A stretch of DNA of 64,000 nucleotides, taken from Parasitella parasitica NRRL 2501. Its lineage: Eukaryota; Fungi; Mucoromycota. This document shows, piece after piece, positions 13,001 through 24,703 of the stretch. The stretch is from contig MU619325.1 of assembly GCA_025201805.1 (NCBI GenBank), positions 1 through 64,000 of the forward strand, given 5' to 3'. The notes under the pieces were generated by a model. That model was given only the letters and a program-made list of their open reading frames with translations. It was not told the DNA's origin and ran no database searches. Both the position numbers and the translations under genes were made by a program. Every line of letters begins with the position of its first letter. Position 1 is the first letter of the stretch.

Positions 13001-14140
13001 TCTCCATTTCTATTAGGTTTACAACTAGAACCAATATGGAGAAATGACCCAACTAAAATATACTTGCGATTCGCAATTTTTCTTAAATCAGATGATAGCA
13101 TCAGATACCCTTTACTAATTGCAATTGAGTGTAGTGCGTATGTGATTAATATCCGCTCTTTTTTTTTCTTTTTTTTTTTATCTAGTAAATATTAAACATT
13201 TATCCAACAGGCATCTATCTAGAACAAAAAGAGCTGATTTACAGGTCCATATTGACCTGGTTTTGGCATGTTTCAAAAAAAAAAAAAATTGACTCATTTC
13301 GAAATACATGAATCACAGTGGACCAACATTTCTTTCTCAGATATAACATTGTATCCATCCTCATATCATTGATCGTTATACCATAATTTGTATTGACAGT
13401 AAATTCGATTCTGAGAATATGTATAAATAATTGACCCTGAAATACTCTATAATTTTCCAGGATCTGTTTGTATAATTTCACGATCTCCTGAAGTTAATCG
13501 TGCGAGCAAGGCCGATAAGGTTAAAACATCAGCTGTAACTGAACTTTAAAGTTATATAATGGCAGTGTGGTACTGTATCACCTTGAATATATAGATTGAT
13601 CATAGCGTGAGAAATGACTGGTTGAAGCTGAGTTAATGTGAGAAAACTTGCCATGTGGTCAGCTAACAATACTTCCAAATGCAGCAATTGATAGGTTTCC
13701 TTGTCATTTCAATAAAAATAAATGTATGGAATCCACAGAAGCCATAGTAATATTTATATATTCATTTTTGGAATAAAAGCCTTTTCATGGAAACATTGTC
13801 ACTAATGCACAAAAACATTCTTATATCTCCCAGAAAGACAACAATGTACACAAATCTAAAAAAGAAGAATGACAATCAAAAGCAATCATATGGCAAATTT
13901 CGCTGGATTTGTCGAATTAGATATAGTGCTACACTCATTGATTGGTCTGACATTCACGATAACTTATTCGTTCAATCGGACAAACATGGATAACTGATCA
14001 ACTAATTTGATAAACAAAAAAAAAAGCAAAAAAAAAAAAGGTATATAAGGCATTCGGATCAAGCAATCAGCAAACCTTCATCCTTTTTCTTACTCCCTCT
14101 CCTCTTCTCTCTTGTTACCTTCTTGCGAATAAAATAAGTC

Positions 14141-15944
14141 ATGTCTGAAAAGCTGGAACAAGAAAAGGCTTGCCAGATCGTTGCCTACGATGAAGCTGAT
14201 CTCCATGAAGACGAGCTTGACAGACCTGAGCCCACCGAAGAAGATTGGAAGGAATTACGCCAAATTGCGGACGATGTTCCTTTCTCAGCCTACCTTGTTC
14301 TTGTCATTGAGTTCTGTGAGAGATTCACCTACTACGGTTTGAGGTATGTTTATAAGCATCTACATTTGCATGGCCAAGGGTCTCTAACGCTTGTAAAATC
14401 AGTGGTCCATTCCAAAACTACATTCAGAATCCTGCTCCCGAGAGCTGTAAGTGCTGCTTATTTCTTGAATCCAACTATACAATTTACTAAATCTTTCGAT
14501 AGATCCCGCTGATCAGGCTGGTGCCATGGGCAAAGGTCAACAAACTGCTACTGCCTTGACTACCTTTTTCCAATTCTGGTGTTATATTACCCCCATCTTT
14601 GGTGCTATCGTTGCCGATCAATACCTTGGTAAATATCGTGCAATTCTTCTCTTTTCTATCATCTACTTTATTGGTTTGATCATTTTGACCGCCACTGCTT
14701 CTCCTGCCGGTATTGCTAGTGGTGCTGCCTTCCCTGGCTTCATCGTTGCCATAATTATTATCGGTCTTGGTACCGGTGGCATCAAGTCCAATGTCGCCCC
14801 CCTCATTGCTGAACAATACCAATCCAAGTCGCCTTATATCAAAGTTACGAAGAAGAACGAGCGTGTCATTGTTACTCCTCAAGCCACTTACCAAAAGATC
14901 TTCAACATGTTCTACTGGGGTATCAACGTCGGTTCTCTCTCTGCCATTGCCACCACTGAATTAGAAAAGAACGTCGGCTTCTGGCCTGCTTATCTTTTAC
15001 CTACTCTTATGTTTATTCCCGGCATCCTTGTCGTCTTTTTGGGCCGCAAGCGTTATGTGCAGGCTCCTCCTCGTGGCTCCATCTTTGTCGAAGCTGCCAG
15101 ACTTTTCAAGTATCGTCTTTTCACTGTCAAGGGTAGCCTGGAAGCTTGTAAGCCTTCCAACCTCGCTCAAACTCACCCCGAACTTCTTGAAAAGGCTACA
15201 TGGGACGATATCTTTGTTGATGAACTGAAGCGTGCCCTCAAAGCCTGTGTTGTCTTTTGTTGGTATCCTATATACTGGCTCTGCTATGCCCAGATCTCCA
15301 ACAATCTTATCTCTCAAGCTGCTACCATGTGGACTGGCAATGTTCCCAACGATATCATGCAAAACATTGATCCCATTGTCCTGATTATCACCATTCCCAT
15401 CATGGATCGTTTCGTTTATCCCACTCTTCGTCGCTACGGTATCATTTTGGGCCCCATCTTGCGTATCTCTATTGGCTTTTTCTTTGCTTCCGTTGGTATG
15501 GCTTACACCGCCGGTATCCAATCCAAGATTTACGCCAACACCTCTGAATATCCAATCTCTGCCGGTTATCAAATCCCTTCCTATGTGTTTGTCGCTTTCT
15601 CTGAAATCTTTGCCTCTGTTACCGGTAACGAGTATGCCTACAAGAAGGCTCCCCAGTCTATGAAATCCATTGTCATGGCTCTTTTCTTGTTAACCAACTG
15701 CTTTGCTTCCATCCTTGCTTTCGCTTTGGTTTCCGTTGCCGTTGATCCCAAGTTGACCTGGATGTATACTGGTATTTCTGCTGCTAGTTTCATCTGCTCC
15801 ATCCTGGTCTATGTCTTCCATCACAAGAACGATGCCACTGACGTTGCCGATGATGCTATTGGCCGTACCGGAGAAGCACAAAAGCAATACGAAAACCAAA
15901 GCAAGAAGCCAGTTGAAGTCGAATATGAAATCGAAAAAGCTTAA
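14141..15944 (+). CDS. PTR2: POT/PTR family di/tripeptide transporter
   Basis: EFCERFTYYG (ExxER motif), GAIVADQYLGKY, GTGGIKSNV, FYWGINVGS, EYAYKKAP; two short introns; strong codon bias. Confidence 0.95.
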
Positions 15945-16041
15945 TTTACTCTTACAATAATACTTTAATTCTATAGCAAAAACACAACAGAGAGAACCGC
16001 CTGTTTCTATGTACTATTATCCTTTTAACACAGCAGGGCTG

Positions 16042-16048
<7 letters not shown>

Positions 16049-16106
<58 letters not shown>
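16049..16106. repeat. Poly(T) run of about 58 nt
   Basis: Seen directly. Confidence 0.95.
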
Positions 16107-16108
<2 letters not shown>

Positions 16109-17010
16109 TTTTAAAGAAAAAATAAATTCGCATTTGTATATCCACTCGAACCTCAGTAGATTTTGATGCTTGGCTTGTACATTAATCCTAAATATGCCAT
16201 CGTCTTTTTTCACGGAAATATGTATATACGAGTATTCCAATTAAGGGACTCGCTGTACAATTGTAACGATACACCAGGTAATAAATTAATTCTGGTTTTT
16301 CCCTTATCTATCTTTCTAAATCGAGTCCATTGGGAAGAAAATCACTATAACTGGTATAACAGCTAGCAATGTTTCTGATGCAATTTGCAAAGATTTTGAT
16401 CATATGAATCCTGCTTTGAATACAAGCCATGCTATATTAACCCACCTTCCATAACTTCATCAAAAAAAAAAGCGAGCATCTGGAAAAAGGTCATTGCCTC
16501 GGAATTACAGCGTGTAACGCGACTTTTGGAGTTGATGAAGCACCCAGTCCAATGTACCTGTGGTACCCTTCTAAATATAAACTCATTCTTTCACTGTCAA
16601 AACCTCTTCATGATTGATACACCCCTCTGCTTATAATATGCAAGCAGTTAGTGCCTCTTGGCAGGGCCATTATTTTCAAGTACTGTCTATCACGAAACCA
16701 ACTACCAGAAACTTATAGCTTGTTTCATGGAAACGACTATCAAGTGACTAATAGAAACAAAAAAAATAAAACAAAAAAGAATAAACTACTTGAAATGATA
16801 CTTATGTTCGGGGTGTATTCATGACGAAGCGTTTTGACTGTCGGATATATCTTATGGTCACCTTCCTCCCTTCTCTTAGATGGTTCTCTAGAAAACAGCA
16901 TTTGTGTATAACGCGTACCTGCCTAACCAGTAATTGGCAAAATAAAGGCAATGCTTGAAATCTCAAGCTCAAGGTATTGAGTGCGGGTATACAATAATGG
17001 TTTATTATTA

Positions 17011-18237
17011 TTATGGGGTCAAGTCTCTCAAGGTATCCAATTTTTTCACTATCAGTTCGTATGTAAAAATGGTGACAGCAGATGCAGGTACAGTACGCAC
17101 GAGATTAGTTGTGATACCCTTATAAAATCCACGCATTCCTTCCTCGTACATGATAACTTTTATTGCATGAAGTATACCTTTGTATTTGAAAGGCTGCATC
17201 ACTTGATTCTGTAGTCGTGTGCGGATCACCTAAAATCTAGTCAATACATCTGCAGTCATATATACCCATCTTCTGCTTGCTCCCCTTACCTCGTGTGGAT
17301 AGGTTGTGGTACTCGCTACCATTTTAGACACTGAGGACGCTAGTAAAATACTGGTAGTCTCTGATTTATTAGTTGAGAGTAGCGTTTTTAGTCGTTCATA
17401 CAAAGGGAATTGAATCGCCACATGGCTTACACCGATCAGCGACGGCCCTAATCCTTTGTAGAATCCACGAATGCCTTCATGTTTGGCAATCATGGCAAAC
17501 GCTTCCAAAATTGTGTTGTATCGATGGGGTGATCTCGTTGTTTGCGTCTAATAATTGTTCGGAAATGTCAGTCAACAGTCGCTTTACATATGGTTTTGTT
17601 CCAAGTGCTTTTATTACCATGAATCTAGTTTTAATGACCCAAACAGGGCTAGTTAGGGTAGTTGATACCATGCCTGCCGTCATGGCTGACGATATATGTG
17701 CTAACCAATCATTCTCTGTTTACTTGTTGATTACCACATGTTCCTGAAAATATTCTCACAACCGTATTACACACTTACCAATGTCGCCCTTTGCCCAATT
17801 TATTTTGCAATAATCATAGACTGTAAAGTAGATGGCCCATGTTGGCAGATAGCCAACTACGGTAGGACCAAGCCCACGGTATAATCCCCGTATACCTTCT
17901 TCTAATCTGATTCTTCGTATTGTACCTAAATAAAACCATGTGCGATAGAAAGTGTTGAGCGCCTGTTTGTTTACACTGTATATGCTTGTCAGATCTTTAC
18001 CCATTGTTCCTCTATATTTGAAGTGCCCAATAGCTTGGTTCTGTAATCTGGTTTTTACGACATCAAGCGGACAAGTTACAACTGATGAAATGACACCAGC
18101 GCCGGCGCCAGCAATTGAATGCTTTAAAGTTTCATGCGTTTGTCTACAGGTTATCAAAATCAATACTCGAAGGAAATAATCGCCTTAAACTCAAAATCAT
18201 ACACAAAATCTTTACACCAGTTGGCAGCGTAGCTCAT
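17011..18237 (-). CDS. Mitochondrial carrier, NAD+ transporter-like (Ndt1/Yia6)
   Basis: Three PxD/ExxK/R signature repeats (PLDVVKTRLQ, PVWVIKTRFM, PHEVIRTRLQ). GYLPTWAIYF is typical of the Ndt1 subfamily. Spliced start MSYAANWCKDFV. Confidence 0.85.
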
Positions 18238-18817
18238 CACAAAAATAAAAAAATAAAAAGATGTAAAGGAAAAATATATATACAAGAAGAAAAAACCTAG
18301 AAGAGAAGAAAGGGGAGATGAACATGAAAATTTGAGGTAAGATGATCAATCGTTTCAGCGATAATCTAAATTCTTTTCTCGTATCACAGCTTTTCTTTTT
18401 CATCTGCCAACTTTGATAAAGACAGGAGGATCGTCTTTATCTTTGTATTTATCCATCATGATAATGCAATTATTTGGAGCATGCATTTAAACAAGTGCTA
18501 GTGCTGCATAGATGCATCTCGTATTAAAATAACCCTGTTTAAATGTCATTAATATTCATTTAATTAGGAAAAATATACTACAAGATGGGCTTCTACTTGC
18601 TGTGATTTGTATCACACATGCTTCAACCTCTGATGAGAAACATCAAATGGTGGACATTTTAACTAGTGAAATTTGTATTCATACCGCTTTTCATTTGCGT
18701 GTCCTCTCTCTTTACAATCCACAAATATTGTAGATACAAAAACAACAGCTATGAATGATATGAAAAGATACCGTAAACAAAGGATTTTGGATACATGGAT
18801 ATAACTAAAAATTTGTT

Positions 18818-20604
18818 TTATTCTTGTTCAACGGATAGTATATTGTCCACAATGTACTTTGTTCCTTCATAAACACCTTTTTGCATGATTGTGTGTAAAA
18901 AGGCTTCATTCACTTTATCCAACGCACCATTGGTATCTCTTGTTATCACTAGTAATGGTATGAATCAACACGAGAGGTTTTTGATGGGGCGAATATATTT
19001 TGCTTTTTACCTGCTGATAATGCCACAGCTTCCATTGTCAAATTAGGCCTGACATCGTTTACAACATTTGCATCTAGTTTTTCCCTGTCTGTATTTGTCT
19101 CTGTTATCTTCCAAGATAATAGCAGATTAATTCCACAATCACTATCGATCGTACACAGTCAACAAAAGATGCATGATGAACAATTGCACTCACAACTTAC
19201 ACGGCTCCTTCGAATTGAAGTTTGGTGTGTGAAAGCATCACAATGTTCACAGAGGTATCTTTATAATGCTGCGTTAGTCGATTGAAAACATCGTCTCGCT
19301 GCTTCTCCAACTGGGCATAATGAACAAACAAGCGAAAGAAGCCCATAATGTTGCATTCATCTTTGATCCTATGAAGCGTTTGTGAGTACCCACAAACATA
19401 CACCTATACACTTTTCTGGAGATGGGTCCTTTACTTTTGTAATGTAGTCCCGACGGCTAGTTGCATTTCTATATTCACCTCAAAATTCAAACTTGACATG
19501 ACCATGCTTGGCTCAAGCACATCAAATTCAGCTTGAAATGGCAGATCAAACGATGTTCCTGACAATGCACAATGCCGAACACTTTCTGTGCCTGCTTCAC
19601 TGTTCTCTTTAAAGCTGTATGCCGACTGTTTGATAACAATGCCCGAATAATCCGTCTGCCTTGTTACTTGTTCACTGGCAAAGGCTTTTTGGCGCACTTG
19701 AGCATTTGGATTTATGAAATCTGGATTCATGAAATCTGCTCCAAAAGACATGTGGTCATCTATAGATTCGCTTTCCAAAAGTAGCAGATATTCGCTGGAT
19801 AGCTATCAGTGGCACCGCTCATTGTATACTCATCCCCATCTACTCACTAGATAACATTCCAATCAGGCTTTCCATCTTTTACTCGGGCATCTTGCTTATT
19901 TACTTTGTTGTCGTCGTCATCGTCCTCGTCCTCGTCCTCGTCCTCTTTCTCTTCCTCCTCCGAGTCTTGGTCTTTGTCTTTCCTCTCGTCTTCCTCTCGG
20001 TCTTCTTCTTCTTCGTCTGTGTCTGGACTTTTCTCTGAGCCTTCTTCTTTCTCCATTTCCTCGTCTTCGTCTTTGTCTTTGTCTTTGTCTTGGTCCTCAT
20101 CTTTGTCTTTATCTTTGTCACCATCAATGTAGATCCTATCTTGCTTTCTCGGCATTTTCCCCAGCAGTCTCTTTCGAAGATCTTGTCTTGTCTTTTTGAC
20201 ACGCAGTTGTCGCTCTTCTTCCTGTTCAACGTATGCCGCTCTCTCTTCTGTTGTCATGTTGGCGATGCCGGCTTCTACGTTTCGTTCTGCTTTTCGTGCT
20301 GTCAGTTTGTTTTCCTTCTCAATGACTCGATTTTCCATGTAAAGAACCTTGTTTGTAAGGTCTTCTAATAGCTTTTTCAATTCTGCTGTATCATAAGATT
20401 CATACGAACCTACAAATCGCTACAATAAACTGTGTCAATCGTCCGGCCCTGGATAGATGTTCTGGCGACTCTTACTGTATCATAGTCCAGCGGTTCAAAT
20501 TCAGTATCGGATTTTGCCTGCAATAGACGTTCTTGGAAGCTGGCACTTGTTGTTCTCTCATTGAAAGCAATACCGTCAATGCTGCCGCTTGAAAGGTCAG
20601 ACAT
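18818..20604 (-). CDS. CENP-P/Ctf19-like inner kinetochore protein (putative) with long acidic insert
   Basis: Exons splice in frame. N-terminal coiled coil, then a C-terminal double-RWD-like region (LSGTSFDLPFQAEFDV, NIMGFFRLFVHYAQL..R..VF, NLLLSWKI) that resembles CENP-P. The gene is well supported; the family call is from remembered motifs. Confidence 0.6.
19905..20125 (-). repeat. Hexamer repeats (GACAAA/GACGAG)n encoding a DK/DE acidic tract
   Basis: tctttg/tcctcg repeats; protein DKDKDKDEDQDKDKDK..EDEDEDEDDDDD. Confidence 0.9.
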
Positions 20605-20792
20605 GGTTAAAAGGCGATCGTTTTGTTTACCATGGTGATTTCATGTATCAAATCCATTGCTCCATGTGACCGTTCGAGCGAGTGTTTTAAACCAATCAGT
20701 ATGGTATTTTATATCACTTTTGCAGCGGATAAGCAAGTACTATTTTTTTTTTTTCCTTTCAGTTTAATCTACAAAATAATAGCACATTCGTC

Positions 20793-21530
20793 ATGGACTT
20801 TCAGAATCGAGTAGGCAGTAAGCACAGAGGCGGTGGAATGGCCAGCGCCTCCGAATCCAATGTAGATCGTCGTGAAAGACTTCGCAAATTAGCCATGGAG
20901 ACTATCGACATTAGCAAAGATCCGTATTTCATGAAGAATCATTTGGGCTCATACGAATGTAAACTTTGCTTGACATTACACACCAGCGAAGGTTCCTACT
21001 TGGCGCATACACAGGGCAAAAAGCATCAAACCAACTTGGCACGCCGTGCTGCTAAAGAAGCCAAAGAGGCCAACATCATTCAACCTGCTGTGGGTCCTGC
21101 TAAGCCGTTGGTTGCTCCTCGCCGCAACATGATCAAAATCGGCAGGCCTGGTTACAGAGTCACCAAGGTTAGAGATCCAGTTACTCGTCAATTAGGCCTA
21201 TTATTCCAAATCCAATATCCCCAAATTGCAGATGATGTCAAACCACGCCATCGATTCATGGGTGCTTTCGAACAGAAGATCGAGCCTCCAAACAATGCCT
21301 ATCAATACCTAGTTATTGCTGCAGAACCATACGAGTCGATTTCGTTCAAGATTCAGAGCCATAAAGTGGATGAGACTCTGGGCAAATTCTGGACACACTG
21401 GGACCAAGATTCAAAACAATTCTCATTGCAATTCTTTTACAAGAATGAAAGAAATGGCATGTTTGAAGGAATGGCAGCATCATCATCATCTAATACTGCG
21501 ACTCCCGCACCTCCTGTTGCCACTGTTTAA
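20793..21530 (+). CDS. PRP11: U2 snRNP splicing factor 3a subunit 2 (SF3A2/Prp11/Sap62), intronless
   Basis: MDFQNRVGSK..DRRERLRKLA..KDPYFMKNHLGSYECKLCLTLH..HTQGKKH (U1-type Zn finger), KIGRPGY. Confidence 0.96.
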   Translation: MDFQNRVGSKHRGGGMASASESNVDRRERLRKLAMETIDISKDPYFMKNHLGSYECKLCLTLHTSEGSYLAHTQGKKHQTNLARRAAKEAKEANIIQPAVGPAKPLVAPRRNMIKIGRPGYRVTKVRDPVTRQLGLLFQIQYPQIADDVKPRHRFMGAFEQKIEPPNNAYQYLVIAAEPYESISFKIQSHKVDETLGKFWTHWDQDSKQFSLQFFYKNERNGMFEGMAASSSSNTATPAPPVATV

Positions 21531-21645
21531 ATTAGAGCATTTTTGAAGTATAAAACTTTATAAAGCTATCAATCATCCCGTGGTGTATTATACGTTTTAT
21601 TTTCAATTCCAATAATCTACAGTGTAATGTAATAAATGACAACTT

Positions 21646-22269
21646 CTAAAGTCGTCTTGCTTTCTTGGGTCTACATCCGCCAAAAGGAATAGGCGTGGCA
21701 TCAGTAATGCGTTTCACATTCCATGATGTGCCGTTGACCAGAGCCTTGAAGGCTGCATCTCGACCAGGACCAAATCCTTTAAGCACAATATGGACATTAG
21801 GCACTTGTAAATTTTTCACTTCCATCTTTTCCAGCAGCTGTATGGCAGCTTGATGGGCGGCTTCATATCCACTACGAGCAGCTTTCTTGAATCCTGCCGA
21901 ACCCCCAGACGTTGTGACAAGAGGAGCACCGTTGGGACGAGTCAATGTGATGATGGTGTTATTGAAGGTGGCATTGATGTGAATTTGATGAGGGCTTTGA
22001 TTCAGGTTGTTTAAGGTATGGGTGAAAGAGGTGCTTAATGCAAACGAGCCAGAGTTCTTTTTGTCGCCTTTGCTGCTATTTTCGCTGAAAGAAGATGTTG
22101 GTTCATAGTCATTAGACAGGCCTAAAGCCATCAGAATGCCTTCCATGTGATCTTTGGACTTTTCGTTGGATTTTGGTACTGTGGTAGAGGATGACCAGCG
22201 TTGTGAGACTTGCACACATGCACGAAGCTGCGTACAAGCTTTAGGCAATGTATGCTTAAGAGCCAACAT
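21646..22269 (-). CDS. Mitochondrial ribosomal protein uS11m
   Basis: HINATFNNTIITLT..SGGSAGFKKAARS..KGFGPGR..DATPIPFGGCRPKKARRL; presequence-like N-terminus. Confidence 0.93.
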   Translation of the reverse strand: MLALKHTLPKACTQLRACVQVSQRWSSSTTVPKSNEKSKDHMEGILMALGLSNDYEPTSSFSENSSKGDKKNSGSFALSTSFTHTLNNLNQSPHQIHINATFNNTIITLTRPNGAPLVTTSGGSAGFKKAARSGYEAAHQAAIQLLEKMEVKNLQVPNVHIVLKGFGPGRDAAFKALVNGTSWNVKRITDATPIPFGGCRPKKARRL

Positions 22270-23052
22270 GATAAAAGTAGTGGAAAAGAAAAAAAAAAAA
22301 AAAAAATGTCAAATTATTAGGCCCAGGGGGGTGTATTGAAAGGGTATAGGGACTGCTACAGAGATGGTCAAAGTAGGCTGTATTACGGTGGTGCCGCTGA
22401 TGTCTGCGGATATGGTGGTTCGCATCCAGTAGGCTATTGAATGTATTGATGGTTGAAACTTGTTTTTTTTTGTGCGTCAAAGAGACCCTATTTTCAACAA
22501 TATTTGTCGACATTTGTGCAATGCTCGGGTCATGATTGATGGAGCTTGCAGCTTGAGTCTGAATACTGTACCTTGTTTGCAAAAGCTGTCAACGACACTC
22601 TACTAATCTATTCTTAGCAAACATAGTCTATTAGAGGTGCAAACATCACAACCGTTCGCAAGAAAAGCTTTTTTATCATTCAATTTATCCAAATGTAAAA
22701 AATGAGACCACATGCTTTACTCTTTTGCAGGATTGTCAGTCTCGATATTTAAATAGGAACAATCCAGCTTTGTGTTGTGTTTGAAGTAGCTGTATAAAGG
22801 GCGTAGCAAAGAAAGAAGAAGACTTTAGCTGGTATCGTATTTCAATATATAACTTAAAGTTTTGCACATGCACCGCATCTCAAATTTAACCGAGTGTCTA
22901 TATTTAATTTAATTTTATTCTGGAGTTAGTTGCACACTTTGCAAAACCAAATATCGGCATAGTAAAAGGTGTTTTATATCATTAAAAAGAGGTAGAATTA
23001 ACCTGAAAAAAATGATACAAGTCTTTTTTTTTGTGCTTTTTCAATATACAGT

Positions 23053-23724
23053 ATGGTCTTTTCTTCTTCTAAAGCACACATGTCATACAAAACCATGATT
23101 TTAACACTGCTAATCATTGAGGCTGTTCTAGGCAGCTCATCAATACATCAGTACATTGTATGCCTGAATTCTTCCACTCCCAACATTGAGACCCGTTTAG
23201 CTACTCGAGCAGTCAACACAAATGCTCGATACGTCCCAGAGATCTATTCAATTGGCAACTTTCATTGGTACATTGAATCGATGAACGAAGCTGATGCTCA
23301 AGCACTTGCTCAAAGCGAACATGTGTCACACATGCATAAAGATGATCCAATATTCTACATGACAGAATTAGTGCAAACGAATGTACCGAGTTGGGTGAGT
23401 TTGCAAATTACAGAGGTTGTACATGCACTTACTGGTAACACAGGGACTTGACAGAATCGATCAGCGAAAAGGAGAAGATGACAAGTTTCATTTCCCTTCC
23501 TCTGCTGGTGAAGGCGTTGATATCTATCTGATTGATACGGGTGTCAACGTTGACCATACAGATTTCGGGGGTCGTGCTGTTCATGGCCCAGATTTCACAT
23601 CAGGACATGATCAAGATCCAAACGACTATAATGGTCACGGTAGCTTTGTTGCAGGTGTATGTTGCGGTAAGCATATACGACGCTGCTCATTTAAATATTC
23701 AGTACTGACTCAGGCCCTCCCTAC

Positions 23725-23755
<31 letters not shown>

Positions 23756-24659
23756 GGAAAAATTCACGGTGTAGCGAAAAAAGCAAAAATTATTTCGCTT
23801 AAAGCATTAGATCAAGGCGGCTCTGGTAAATTAAGTAATATCTTGCTAGCATTGCATTGGGCTGTCAAACGCCATGTGGCAAATCCAGGTGCAAAATCAA
23901 TCATAAAGTATAGGCATGCGATAATTTGATTTTTATACCCGAGTGCTAATTCTTGCCATATATTACTGTGTAGTTTATCTCTTGCTGCAGAGTTTCATCT
24001 TCCCACCAATCGAGCAATTGAACAAGCTATTGAACTGGGAATTCATTTCTCCATTGCAGGTATATATATGTTGCTTTTAGATGTATGGCTTTCAAATATC
24101 AGCTACTAAATAACATACATAAATACAAGCTGGTAACCACGGGAAGGAAGCATGTAGATACTCTCCAGCATCAGTTAAAAATGCACTCGTGGTCGGAGCG
24201 ATAGACCAGGACGACACCATTGCTTCTTACTCTAATTTCGGGCCCTGCGTGAACATATATGCACCTGGCACAGCAATCACTTCTATTTGGCATAATTACA
24301 AGACAGCAGTGCATACACTTTCAGGCACATCTATGGCAGCACCGCATGTCACTGGAGTTATGGCCATTCTGCTATCACAACAAGATTATACTCCTACCGA
24401 ATTAATCAACAAGGTAAAGGAGTCAGCGACATTGACAGTTAGTTCAAGAACTGAGAGTAATGATGTTGTTGACGAAATTTCTCGACTAGCAGGCGTCGAA
24501 TACCACGATTCGAGTGTTATCAAAGTGCTTTACATGGATTCGTCTCTTGGAAATTTTATTAGAACAGATATAGTAACATCAGTAGCTGCTAAGACGCAGA
24601 ATCTGCATTTTGTCACTTTATTAATTTTATGTCTAAGCGTATGCATATGCTTACTGTAG
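23053..24659 (+). CDS. Secreted S8 subtilisin-like (proteinase K-type) protease with prodomain and hydrophobic C-terminus
   Basis: Signal peptide, SW/GLDRIDQ, YLIDTG (Asp), NGHGSFVAG (His), spliced IAAGN, SGTSMAAPHV (Ser); four introns; start could be 23080. Confidence 0.93.
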
Positions 24660-24671
24660 CANNNNNNNNNN

Positions 24672-24703
<32 letters not shown>

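Noticed and set aside
14487-15899. Long antisense ORFs over PTR2, and similar ones over the SMARCC, thiolase and CENP-P-like genes
   Set aside because: These are shadows of codon bias or low-complexity repeats in the real genes.
24661-24700. Poly(A) right after the subtilisin stop, suggesting a retrocopy
   Set aside because: The gene has introns and the run abuts an N gap (24662-24670), so it is a homopolymer or assembly feature.
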